IMG/VR virus record: IMGVR_UViG_2917855067_000007
Reading direction: 5' to 3' (one strand)
Origin: a virus
Lineage: Duplodnaviria > Heunggongvirae > Uroviricota > Caudoviricetes
Length of the DNA stretch: 53,826 nt
The position numbers were made by a program, and so were the translations under genes. The notes beneath the pieces are model-generated. The model did no database searches. It was not told the origin of the DNA and saw only the letters and a program-made list of their open reading frames with translations. Below, piece by piece: positions 45,429 through 53,826 of this stretch (its first letter is position 1; each line of letters opens with the position of its first letter).

Positions 45429-45717
45429 TCCCATGTCTACATAATAGACAATATTAATGATGGCGATAGCCAGAGCTCTCGCCATGACACTTTATGTTGT
45501 ATTGAATTATGCCACCCTACCACTATATATAGTAAACAACTTTCCAGCACCCCTTACCAGAATAATATGCTACCTAATAAGGATAAACAGCAATAAATCC
45601 TATCGTTTTGTAAGTGACGGATGTACATAAAGTTATTAATATGTACTAACAGTTACCTTTCAGGTAAAATGCAAGCATTATACAACTGGTTATTTATACA
45701 GTTAAGGAGGGCATAAC

Positions 45718-46188
45718 ATGGCTTACTCAGCTGCAGCGGTTGCTAATGCCTTCATTGAAAAGGCTTTAAAGGGTAAGTTAAAGAATCTGACTCCAATGAA
45801 GCTCCAGAAGCTTCTTTTTTATACTCAATCATGGCATTTAAAGTTACGCGACAACACACCGCTTTTTGATGATCTTTTCGCCAGATGGAAATTCGGGCCT
45901 GTTATTCCACCGCTTTATCATATGTTGAAGAAGTATGGAGCAAACGAAATCACTGAAAAGATTAGCGTCATCTTAGAGTGTGATGGCGAATTAAAAAGAA
46001 ATCACCCCTACAATTCAAAAAGATGATCAAGAAGCTCAAGCTCTTATCAATAAAATCATCGAAGTATATGGGAAATTTTCAGGTACCGAACTGTCTAACT
46101 TAACACATGCGCCTGGTACAGCATGGAGCAAGGGAAGTGCAGATGGTGGCCCCATTTCTCATGAGGATATGGCGAAGCATATTCACTA
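45718..46188 (+). CDS. Panacea-domain (DUF4065) protein, reading frame interrupted in the deposited sequence
   Basis: AAGGAGG then ATG; N-terminal 102 aa (AYSAAAVANAFIEKA...LTPMKLQKLLFYTQSWHL...FGPVIPPLYHMLKKYG) stop at 46024-46026; C-terminal part continues in +1 frame to the TAA at 46186-46188. Confidence 0.55.
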
Positions 46189-46572
46189 ATGAAGTCGTTT
46201 GATAGCATATCTATACCCAGTGGCACAAATGTAGGCTCATCGACAGTATCAAGTGCCGAAGATGAGCCGCCAATTACAGAAAGAATATCCAGAGGTGACG
46301 ACCTCAATGCTCAAAAAGCGGCAGACGCCAAGTCAAACAGGCAACTTCGTGAGATATTGGCGGAAAAAGCGTACCGTGTCGTAAAAAAATCACTTTACGG
46401 ATGGGCTTTGTTTCTTTTCTTTCAAGGCTGGTTTTCTATCATTGGGATAAAGGTTTTTTCCGATAAGGTAGTTTTGGCTGTAACAACAGCTGTTACTCTT
46501 AATGTATTCGCTGCTTTTCTTGGTGTTATCAGGGGATTATTCCCTGCTGCCAGTAGAAAAGATAAAAGTTAA
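46189..46572 (+). CDS. membrane protein with two C-terminal TM helices, candidate toxin/effector
   Basis: 127 aa; ATG overlaps upstream stop (TAATG); polar N-terminus, then two hydrophobic helices. Confidence 0.5.
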   Translation: MKSFDSISIPSGTNVGSSTVSSAEDEPPITERISRGDDLNAQKAADAKSNRQLREILAEKAYRVVKKSLYGWALFLFFQGWFSIIGIKVFSDKVVLAVTTAVTLNVFAAFLGVIRGLFPAASRKDKS

Positions 46573-46599
46573 CCCGGCCTCCGTGCCGGGTTTTCTTTT
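46573..46599 (+). terminator. rho-independent terminator ending the rex-slot operon
   Basis: hairpin cccggc-ctccgtg-ccggg followed by TTTTCTTTT. Confidence 0.75.
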
Positions 46600-46727
46600 G
46601 CCTCCCCTCATCACGCATATCGTCCTAAAAAACACCACAACCTCGCTTCAGTTATTGCTGTGCAATGCAAGTCACAAAATTAATTCTTTTTGCTATCAAA
46701 CATTTAATATCAAAACACATCAACCAA

Positions 46728-46780
46728 TAGCAATAAGTATTGATATCACCAATAGCAATAGCTATTATCACCATATCGCA
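46728..46780. promoter_or_regulatory. OL operator region
   Basis: ccaatagcaata twice plus perfect palindrome aatagctatt, same motif family as OR. Confidence 0.45.
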
Positions 46781-46966
46781 ACAACACAACGATACGGCAA
46801 CCACCTGATTCACCGTTGCGATGACCGCTTAGATCCGCAGCTTGAATTTCAGCAGGCTCCGGGGAGTGCGAGGGGTGAAGCGGACGCGTGAACGTCGGTG
46901 TGACCAGCTGAAATCAACTCAACTCAACACTTCATACCTCAGTCGCTTCAACGAGGCGGCTTAGTT

Positions 46967-47257
46967 ATGACAACCGGCGGCCATCCACCGCCTGAATACG
47001 CGCAGAAGTCTCTATATGTTCAGCAGCCCAGCTTACGGGCAGGAGTTTTTATGGTTCATCAACATTACGGAACGCAGACCGTTAATCGCGGTGCGGTCAT
47101 GCCAGGAATGCTGGTCAAACACAAAGATGGTACCTGGACTGCCTCAGCTAATTTACGCGGACGGCTTTATCTGCATCGCGGCATCGAGCGCACTTATACC
47201 CGTGATTTGCTCGTGGAAGTTTTTCTCGACGGACGCGGTAACGGCCTGAATCACTAA
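46967..47257 (+). CDS. hypothetical protein, first ORF of the leftward operon
   Basis: 96 aa, ATG with GAGG upstream; not Arg-rich, so not N-like. Confidence 0.3.
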   Translation: MTTGGHPPPEYAQKSLYVQQPSLRAGVFMVHQHYGTQTVNRGAVMPGMLVKHKDGTWTASANLRGRLYLHRGIERTYTRDLLVEVFLDGRGNGLNH

Positions 47258-47332
47258 TCCCCTTTCCTGTTTTCCTAATCAGCCTGGCATTTCGCGGGCG
47301 ATATTTTCACAGCCATTTTCAGGAGTTCAGCC

Positions 47333-47629
47333 ATGAACGCTTATTACATTCAGGATCGTCTTGAGGCTCAGAGCTGGGCGCGTCACTACCAGCAGATCGC
47401 CCGTGAAGAGAAAGAGGCAGAACTGGCAGACGACATGGAAAAAGGCCTGCCCCAGCACCTGTTTGAATCGCTATGCATCGATCATTTGCAACGCCACGGG
47501 GTCAGCAAAAAAGCCATTTCTCGTGCATTTGATGACGATGTTGAGTTTCAGGAGCGCATGGCAGAACACATCCGGTACTTGGTTGAAACCATTGCTCACC
47601 ACCAGGTTGATATTGATTCAGAGGTATAA
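47333..47629 (+). CDS. gam: Gam (RecBCD inhibitor), short form
   Basis: 98 aa [38 protein letters not shown]... matches lambda Gam. Confidence 0.9.
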   Translation: MNAYYIQDRLEAQSWARHYQQIAREEKEAELADDMEKGLPQHLFESLCIDHLQRHGVSKKAISRAFDDDVEFQERMAEHIRYLVETIAHHQVDIDSEV

Positions 47630-47634
47630 AACGA

Positions 47635-48420
47635 ATGAGTACTGCACTCGCAACGCTGGCAGGGAAGCTGGCTGAACGTGTCGGCATGGATTCTGTCGAC
47701 CCACAGGAACTGATCACCACTCTTCGCCAGACGGCATTTAAAGGTGATGCCAGCGATGCGCAGTTCATCGCATTGCTGATCGTCGCCAACCAGTACGGTC
47801 TTAATCCGTGGACGAAAGAAATTTACGCCTTTCCTGATAAGCAGAACGGCATCGTTCCGGTGGTGGGCGTTGATGGCTGGTCCCGCATCATCAATGAAAA
47901 CCAGCAGTTTGATGGCATGGACTTTGAGCAGGACAACGAATTCTGTACATGCCGGATTTACCGCAAGGACCGTAATCATCCGATCTGCGTTACCGAGTGG
48001 ATGGATGAATGCCGCCGCGAACCATTCAAAACCCGCGAAGGCAGAGAAATCACGGGGCCGTGGCAGTCGCATCCCAAACGGATGTTACGGCATAAAGCCA
48101 TGATTCAGTGTGCCCGTCTGGCCTTCGGATTTGCGGGTATCTATGACAAGGATGAAGCCGAGCGCATTGTCGAAAATACCGCATACACTGCAGAACGTCA
48201 GCCGGAACGCGACATCACTCCGGTTAACGATGAAACCATGCAGGAGATTAACACTCTGCTGATCGCCCTGGATAAAACATGGGATGGCGACTTATTGCCG
48301 CTCTGTTCCCAGATATTTCGCCGCGACATTCGTGCATCGTCAGAATTGACACAGGCCGAAGCAGTGAAAGCTCTTGGATTCCTGAAACAAAAAGCCACTG
48401 AGCAGAAGGTGGCAGCATGA
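47635..48420 (+). CDS. bet: Bet (Red-beta recombinase)
   Basis: 261 aa, lambda Bet-like. Confidence 0.95.
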   Translation: MSTALATLAGKLAERVGMDSVDPQELITTLRQTAFKGDASDAQFIALLIVANQYGLNPWTKEIYAFPDKQNGIVPVVGVDGWSRIINENQQFDGMDFEQDNEFCTCRIYRKDRNHPICVTEWMDECRREPFKTREGREITGPWQSHPKRMLRHKAMIQCARLAFGFAGIYDKDEAERIVENTAYTAERQPERDITPVNDETMQEINTLLIALDKTWDGDLLPLCSQIFRRDIRASSELTQAEAVKALGFLKQKATEQKVAA

Positions 48421-49097
48421 CACCAGACATTATCCTGCAGCGTACCGGGATCGACGTGAGAGCTGTCGAGCAGGGGGATGATGCGTGGCACAAATTACGC
48501 CTCGGCGTCATCACAGCTTCAGAAGTTCACAACGTGATAGCAAAACCCCGCTCCGGAAAGAAGTGGCCTGACATGAAAATGTCCTACTTCCACACCCTGC
48601 TTGCCGAGGTTTGCACCGGTGTGGCTCTGGAAGTTAACGCTAAAGCACTGGCCTGGGGAAAACAGTACGAGAAAGACGCCAGAACCCTGTTTGAGTTCAC
48701 TTCCGGCGTGAATGTTATTGAATCCCCGATCATCTATCGCGACGAAAGTATGCGCACCGCCTGCTCTCCCGATGGTTTATGCAGTGACGGCAATGGCCTT
48801 GAGCTGAAATGCCCGTTTACCTCCCGGGATTTCATGAAGTTCCGGCTCGGTGGTTTCGAGGCCATAAAGTCGGCTTACATGGCCCAGGTGCAGTACAGCA
48901 TGTGGGTGACGCGAAAAGATGCCTGGTACTTTGCCAACTATAACCCGCGTATGAAGCGTGAAGGCCTGCATTATGTCGTGGTTGAGCGGGATGAAAAGTA
49001 CATGGCGAGTTTTGACGAGATGGTGCCGGAATTCATCGAAAAAATGGACGAGGCACTGGCTGAAATTGGTTTTGTATTTGGGGAGCAATGGCGATGA
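48417..49097 (+). CDS. exo: Exo (lambda exonuclease)
   Basis: 226 aa, lambda Exo-like. Confidence 0.95.
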   Translation: MTPDIILQRTGIDVRAVEQGDDAWHKLRLGVITASEVHNVIAKPRSGKKWPDMKMSYFHTLLAEVCTGVALEVNAKALAWGKQYEKDARTLFEFTSGVNVIESPIIYRDESMRTACSPDGLCSDGNGLELKCPFTSRDFMKFRLGGFEAIKSAYMAQVQYSMWVTRKDAWYFANYNPRMKREGLHYVVVERDEKYMASFDEMVPEFIEKMDEALAEIGFVFGEQWR

Positions 49098-49252
49098 AGC
49101 ATCCTCACGATAATATCCGGGTAGGCGCGATCACTTTCGTCTACTCCGTTACAAAGCGAGGCTGGGTATTTCCCGGCCTTTCTGTTATCCGAAATCCACT
49201 GAAAGCACAGCGGCTGGCTGAGGCGATAAATAATAAACGGGGGGCTGTATGA
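49094..49252 (+). CDS. hypothetical small protein, 52 aa
   Basis: ATG overlaps exo stop; stop overlaps the methyltransferase start; not in ORF track. Confidence 0.35.
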   Translation: MKHPHDNIRVGAITFVYSVTKRGWVFPGLSVIRNPLKAQRLAEAINNKRGAV

Positions 49253-49806
49253 CTGATTTCACCGGAAGCAATACTCCTGCCGAACATCGCGACAGCTGGC
49301 GCACACCACCAGAGATTTTTGCTGCGCTGAATGCAGAGTTCGTTTTTCAACTTGATGCTGCAGCCAACGAAAAAAACCGGCTATGTCGGCTTTTTATCTC
49401 ACAGGAGCAGAACACATTAACCACTTCATGGCCTGAAGCAATGGGATATGCCTCTGGTTATGTCTGGCTGAATCCACCATACAGCAATATTTCCCCTTTT
49501 GTGAAAAAGGCAGCCACTGAAAACAAATTCAGTAGTGTGGGATGTGTAATGTTATTACCTGCTGACACGTCTGTCGGATGGTTTCATGAAGCGATACAAA
49601 CCGCCAGTGAGGTCAGATTCATCACGGCAGGACGACTGGCATTTATTAACCCACTCACCGGGAAACCCGTGAGTGGAAATAATAAAGGCTCGATGCTCAT
49701 TATCTGGCACCCATACCCCCGTACACACTGCCACTTTACGACCGTTGATCGTGGCGAGTTGATGGCGTTCGGCTCAAGGATTCTTGCCCGTCGGGAGGCT
49801 GCATGA
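49249..49806 (+). CDS. phage Dam-like N6-adenine DNA methyltransferase
   Basis: 185 aa; catalytic motif NPPY (WLNPPYSNI). Confidence 0.75.
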   Translation: MTDFTGSNTPAEHRDSWRTPPEIFAALNAEFVFQLDAAANEKNRLCRLFISQEQNTLTTSWPEAMGYASGYVWLNPPYSNISPFVKKAATENKFSSVGCVMLLPADTSVGWFHEAIQTASEVRFITAGRLAFINPLTGKPVSGNNKGSMLIIWHPYPRTHCHFTTVDRGELMAFGSRILARREAA

Positions 49807-49886
49807 CAACCACGGAATGCATTTTTCTGGCAGCGGGCTTCATATTCTGTGTGCTTATGCTTGCCGACATGGGACTTGTTCAATGA
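49803..49886 (+). CDS. 27 aa hydrophobic peptide
   Basis: ATG overlaps the methyltransferase stop and its stop overlaps the next start; MTTTECIFLAAGFIFCVLMLADMGLVQ is a single TM-like segment; very short. Confidence 0.25.
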   Translation: MTTTECIFLAAGFIFCVLMLADMGLVQ

Positions 49887-50098
49887 CACATCAGCAAGAA
49901 AACGCCCTTCGCAGCATTGCCCGTCAGGCTAATTCTGAAATCAAAAAAGCCAGACAGCAGTTTCCGGATAAAAACGTCGATGACATTTGCCGTAGCGTTC
50001 TGAAAAAGCACCGCAAAACGGTAACGATGATGGGATTCACACCGACTCATTTAAGCCTGGCGATCGGCATGTTAAACGGCGTCTTTAAGGAACGGTGA
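49883..50098 (+). CDS. hypothetical protein, 71 aa
   Basis: ATG at 49883 coupled to the upstream peptide. Confidence 0.4.
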   Translation: MTHQQENALRSIARQANSEIKKARQQFPDKNVDDICRSVLKKHRKTVTMMGFTPTHLSLAIGMLNGVFKER

Positions 50099-50120
50099 AC
50101 ATGAAAAGCAAAATCATCAG

Positions 50121-50141
50121 GGAGCTACAGGCTCCTTTTTT
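50121..50141 (+). terminator. possible weak terminator inside the early-left operon
   Basis: 5 bp stem ggagc-tacag-gctcc then TTTTTT. Confidence 0.35.
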
Positions 50142-50196
50142 ATTATTCGCATTCACCCTCAAGCGTATTAACCAACAATTCAGGGATTAATGAAAG

Positions 50197-50418
50197 ATGG
50201 CGGACATAATTGATTCAGCATCAGAAATTGAAGAATTACAGCGCAACACAGCAATAAAAATGCGCCGCCTGAACCACCAGGCTATATCTGCCACTCATTG
50301 TTGTGAGTGTGGCGATCCCATAGATGAACGAAGACGACTGGCCGTTCAGGGTTGTCGGACTTGCGCCAGTTGCCAGCAAGATCTGGAGCTTATCCGCAAA
50401 CAAAGGGGGATTAAGTGA
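50197..50418 (+). CDS. TraR/DksA-family C4 zinc-finger protein
   Basis: 73 aa; CCECGDPIDERRRLAVQGCRTCASC. Confidence 0.6.
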   Translation: MADIIDSASEIEELQRNTAIKMRRLNHQAISATHCCECGDPIDERRRLAVQGCRTCASCQQDLELIRKQRGIK

Positions 50419-50750
50419 TGGCTAACCTGCAACTTGCTGTTAAAAGTGAATACTTCGATGCCATGATTCGCGGAGAGAAAACGGAAGAGTATCGCCTGTG
50501 TAATGACTACTGGAAAAAGCGCCTCGTTAACCGCGAGTATGGCAGTCTGATCATCACGAAAGGATATCCGAAGCGCGACGATTCCAGTCGCAGAATTGAT
50601 GTTCCGTATGACGGATATGAAGTGAAGACAATCACACATCCACACTTTGGCGATAAACCGGTAAAGGTGTTCGCTATAAAGGTGAATATCAGCACTGAAT
50701 ATCAATCCGCACAACACAAGGTCAAGAATGTTCAGAGTGATTTACCCTAA
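50415..50750 (+). CDS. hypothetical protein, possibly ASCH-domain
   Basis: 111 aa; GEKTEEYR resembles the ASCH GxKxxExR motif; start overlaps upstream stop. Confidence 0.35.
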   Translation: MMANLQLAVKSEYFDAMIRGEKTEEYRLCNDYWKKRLVNREYGSLIITKGYPKRDDSSRRIDVPYDGYEVKTITHPHFGDKPVKVFAIKVNISTEYQSAQHKVKNVQSDLP

Positions 50751-51006
50751 CACCTGGTACGTCGACCACCACGGCACTCCCTGCAAAATCCTGCGTTCCA
50801 CTCACAACAAAGTTCACTACATCCGAAAAGGCAGAACATGTATCGCCAGCATGTTCCGCTTTAATCATGACTTTGAACCTGTGAATAAAGCTGATGCAGA
50901 TCGGATAGCAGAAGAGATCGAAACGGCAGAACACATTAAGAAGTTACGTGACATGCGTTCAAAAAGCAGAGGTAACCATGGAATCATACAGTCTCACACT
51001 CGATGA
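50728..51006 (+). CDS. hypothetical protein, 92 aa
   Basis: ORF overlapping both neighbours; basic. Confidence 0.3.
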   Translation: MFRVIYPNTWYVDHHGTPCKILRSTHNKVHYIRKGRTCIASMFRFNHDFEPVNKADADRIAEEIETAEHIKKLRDMRSKSRGNHGIIQSHTR

Positions 51007-51328
51007 GGCCTGTCAGTTTCTCAAGATATCCAGACCTACCGCTACCAACTGGATACGAACAGGCCGCCTACAGGCAACACGCAAAGACCCCACTAAACCA
51101 AAATCTCCTTACCTCACAACGCGACAAGCCTGCATTGCGGCGCTTCAGTCTCCGCTGCATACTATCAAGGTGAGCGCGGGTGATGGCATAACAGAGGAAA
51201 GAAAATGTCACTCTTCCGCAGAAGTGAAATATGGTACGCCAGTTTCACATTGCCGAACGGTAAAAGATTTAAACAGTCTCTTGGAACAAAGGACAAAAGG
51301 CAGGCAACAGAGCTCCATGACAAGCTAA
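50978..51328 (+). CDS. xis: excisionase-like DNA-binding protein
   Basis: ATG at 50978 with AGAGG upstream; [29 protein letters not shown]; overlaps the int start, so the real 3' end is uncertain. Confidence 0.5.
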   Translation: MESYSLTLDEACQFLKISRPTATNWIRTGRLQATRKDPTKPKSPYLTTRQACIAALQSPLHTIKVSAGDGITEERKCHSSAEVKYGTPVSHCRTVKDLNSLLEQRTKGRQQSSMTS

Positions 51329-52368
51329 AGGCTGAAGCATGGCGGGTCAGCAAACTTGGTGAAATACCTGATATGACGTTCGAGGAAGCGTGTGTCAGGT
51401 GGCTTGAAGAGAAAGCACATAAAAAATCACTGGACGATGACAAAAGCCGGATCGGATTCTGGCTTCAACATTTCGCAGGGATGCAACTAAGAGACATTAC
51501 TGAATCAAAAATTTATTCAGCAATTCAGAAAATGACGAACCGGCGTCATGAGGAAAACTGGAAACTCAGGGCAGAAGCATGCAGAAAAAAAGGGAAACCT
51601 GTTCCAGAATACACGCCAAAACCAGCGTCCGTTGCAACGAAGGCAACGCATCTTTCATTTATAAAGGCCCTGCTAAGAGCCGCAGAGCGTGAATGGAAAA
51701 TGCTGGATAAGGCACCAATTATTAAAGTGCCTCAACCAAAGAATAAACGGATCCGCTGGCTGGAGCCTCATGAAGCACAAAGGCTGATTGATGAATGTCC
51801 GGAGCCATTAAAGTCTGTTGTTGAATTTGCACTGGCAACAGGTTTAAGACGCTCGAACATCATCAACCTTGAATGGCAACAAATAGACATGCAGCGCCGG
51901 GTGGCATGGATAAACCCGGAAGAGAGTAAATCAAACCGCGCAATTGGCGTTGCGCTGAATGATACTGCATGTCGCGTATTGAAAAAACAAATAGGGAATC
52001 ATCACCGTTGGGTATTTGTGTATAAGGAAAGCTGTACCAAACCAGACGGAACGAAAGCGCCAACAGTAAGGAAGATGCGGTATGACGCAAACACAGCCTG
52101 GAAAGCGGCGCTGAGACGAGCTGGTATTGATGATTTCAGATTTCACGACTTGAGACACACCTGGGCAAGTTGGCTGGTTCAAGCCGGAGTCCCGTTGTCA
52201 GTGTTACAGGAAATGGGTGGCTGGGAGTCTATCGAAATGGTTCGTCGATATGCTCACCTCGCGCCTAATCACCTTACCGAACACGCACGGCAAATAGACT
52301 CGATTCTGAACCCATCGGTCCCAAATTTGTCCCAGTCAAAAAATAAGGAAGGTACTAATGATGTGTAA
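51205..52368 (+). CDS. int: tyrosine integrase of the lambdoid prophage
   Basis: 387 aa; C-terminal catalytic R...[10 protein letters not shown]...Y; ends 15 bp from the tRNA 3' end. Confidence 0.9.
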   Translation: MSLFRRSEIWYASFTLPNGKRFKQSLGTKDKRQATELHDKLKAEAWRVSKLGEIPDMTFEEACVRWLEEKAHKKSLDDDKSRIGFWLQHFAGMQLRDITESKIYSAIQKMTNRRHEENWKLRAEACRKKGKPVPEYTPKPASVATKATHLSFIKALLRAAEREWKMLDKAPIIKVPQPKNKRIRWLEPHEAQRLIDECPEPLKSVVEFALATGLRRSNIINLEWQQIDMQRRVAWINPEESKSNRAIGVALNDTACRVLKKQIGNHHRWVFVYKESCTKPDGTKAPTVRKMRYDANTAWKAALRRAGIDDFRFHDLRHTWASWLVQAGVPLSVLQEMGGWESIEMVRRYAHLAPNHLTEHARQIDSILNPSVPNLSQSKNKEGTNDV

Positions 52369-52379
52369 CTTATTGATTT

Positions 52380-52428
52380 AAATGGTGCCGATAATAGGAG
52401 TCGAACCTACGACCTTCGCATTACGAAT
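52380..52428. repeat. attR core within thrW
   Basis: 49 bp identical to 6396-6444. Confidence 0.85.
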
Positions 52429-52458
52429 GCGCTGCTCTACCAACTGAGCTATATCGGC
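52383..52458 (-). tRNA. thrW: tRNA-Thr (anticodon CGU)
   Basis: reverse complement gccgatatagctcagttggtagagcagcgcattcgtaatgcgaaggtcgtaggttcgactcctattatcggcacca; cloverleaf with CGT anticodon and CCA end. Confidence 0.9.
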
Positions 52459-52572
52459 CCTGAAAGAACATGTTCACGAACGTGAATCACGGTGGACAAG
52501 GTTAAAACTAACCGGGCGATGCGTCAATGGCCTTGTGAATCAAATGGCTACTTTTGCATCACCCGATTTTAT

Positions 52573-53826
52573 TTACGCACGAATGGTGTAATCACCAATG
52601 CCGATCCACTTGTAGGTGGTCAGTGCTTCCAGCCCCATTGGGCCGCGCGCGTGCAGTTTTTGCGTGCTTACGGCGACTTCTGCACCCAGACCAAACTGGC
52701 CGCCGTCGGTAAAACGCGTAGAGGCGTTAACGTAAACAGCGGAGGAATCCACTTCGTTAACAAAACGCTGGGCGTTGCGCATATCGCGGGTCAGGATCGC
52801 ATCGGAGTGTTGCGTGCCATGCTCGCGAATATGGGCAATGGCGTCGTCCAGATCGCTGACGATTTTGACGTTCAAATCTAATGACAGAAACTCATCGTCA
52901 TACTCTTCGGCTTTAACAGCCACCACCTTCGCAGGGCCTGGCTGCAACTGTGCCATTGCGGCAGCATCTGCGTGTAATGTCACGCTGCTTTCCGCCATTT
53001 GTTTGCTTAATGCGGGCAGGAAGCTATCGGCGAAGTTTTTATTCACCAGCAACGTTTCTACCGTATTACATGTGCTCGGACGCTGAGTTTTCGCGTTGAC
53101 GATTACTTTCAGGGCTTCAGCGATCTCTGCACTTTCATCAACGTAAATATGGCATACGCCTATACCGCCTGTGATCACCGGGATTGTCGACTGTTCGCGG
53201 CATAGCTTATGCAGACCAGCGCCGCCGCGCGGGATCAGCATGTCGATGTATTTATCCATACGCAGCATTTCACTGACCAACGCACGGTCAGGATTATCAA
53301 TTGCCTGTACTGCACCTGCCGGTAAACCGCAGGATTTCAGGGCGTCCTGAATCACCGCCACCGTTGCAGCGTTAGTGCGACAGGTTTCTTTGCCGCCACG
53401 CAGGATCACCGCGTTACCCGTTTTCAGGCATAGCGAAGCAACATCGACCGTCACGTTCGGGCGCGCTTCATAAATCACGCCAATCACCCCCAGCGGCACG
53501 CGACGACGCTCCAGACGCAGGCCGCTGTCCAGCATGCCGCCATCGATTATCTGCCCCACCGGATCGGCGAGGTTACACACATGGCGCACATCATCGGCAA
53601 TGCCTTTCAGCCGTGCGGGCGTCAGTGCCAGACGGTCAAGCATCGCTTCGCTGAGGCCATTAGCACGCGCGTCAGCAACATCCTGGGCGTTAGCGTTGAG
53701 GATGCTTTCGCTTTGTGCTTCCAGTTCATCGGCGATTTTTTCCAGCACGCGATTTTTTTCGCGGCTGGAGAGTTGCGCTAATTTATACGAGGCTTGCTTC
53801 GCGGCAATGCCCATTTGTTCCAGCAT
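52573..53826 (-). CDS. proA: gamma-glutamyl phosphate reductase
   Basis: 417 aa [40 protein letters not shown]... matches E. coli ProA; start is at the window edge. Confidence 0.95.
   Translation of the reverse strand: MLEQMGIAAKQASYKLAQLSSREKNRVLEKIADELEAQSESILNANAQDVADARANGLSEAMLDRLALTPARLKGIADDVRHVCNLADPVGQIIDGGMLDSGLRLERRRVPLGVIGVIYEARPNVTVDVASLCLKTGNAVILRGGKETCRTNAATVAVIQDALKSCGLPAGAVQAIDNPDRALVSEMLRMDKYIDMLIPRGGAGLHKLCREQSTIPVITGGIGVCHIYVDESAEIAEALKVIVNAKTQRPSTCNTVETLLVNKNFADSFLPALSKQMAESSVTLHADAAAMAQLQPGPAKVVAVKAEEYDDEFLSLDLNVKIVSDLDDAIAHIREHGTQHSDAILTRDMRNAQRFVNEVDSSAVYVNASTRFTDGGQFGLGAEVAVSTQKLHARGPMGLEALTTYKWIGIGDYTIRA

Noticed and set aside
46095-46891. Minus-strand 70 aa ORF and plus-strand 129 aa ORF overlapping the rex-slot operon and terminator
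   Set aside because: The first is antisense to the Panacea gene's C-terminal frame; the second spans the terminator and operator region in a third frame with a low-complexity product.

Overview
E. coli-like chromosomal segment at the proA–thrW locus carrying two tandem mobile elements. tRNA-Thr thrW (52383-52458, minus) is the attachment site of a ~46 kb lambda-like prophage (6396-52428) bounded by a 49 bp direct repeat of the tRNA 3' end. Prophage gene order, read from thrW downwards: int–xis–early-left accessory genes (Dam-like methyltransferase, TraR zinc finger, ASCH)–exo–bet–gam–OL–two-gene module in the rexAB slot–cI/cro–cII-position gene–O (with ori iterons)–P–ren–AT-rich lipoprotein moron–ybcN–ninE–ybcO–rusA–Q-like–csp–phage-21-type lysis cassette (pinholin, SAR endolysin, Rz/Rz1)–rha–cos–Nu1–A–W–B–C–D–E–FI–FII–Z–U–V–G/GT–H–M–L–K–I–J–lom–stf–tail fibre genes–cargo (old-yellow-enzyme reductase, LysR regulator, EthD). 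The structural, replication and recombination modules are near-identical to lambda as far as I can recall those proteins; the immunity, lysis and accessory regions are not. Below the prophage attL repeat lies a second element, truncated by the window edge (1-6395): P4-type integrase, AlpA, a P2-family major capsid homolog with an upstream coiled-coil gene, and a low-GC set of unknown genes. Best candidates for an undescribed system: (1) the Panacea/DUF4065 gene plus 2-TM membrane protein directly downstream of cI; (2) the lipoprotein moron in the nin region; (3) the satellite-like island encoding its own P2-type capsid. All calls come from reading the ORF translations and the DNA by eye; no database search, HMM or folding program was run, and family assignments are from remembered sequence features.
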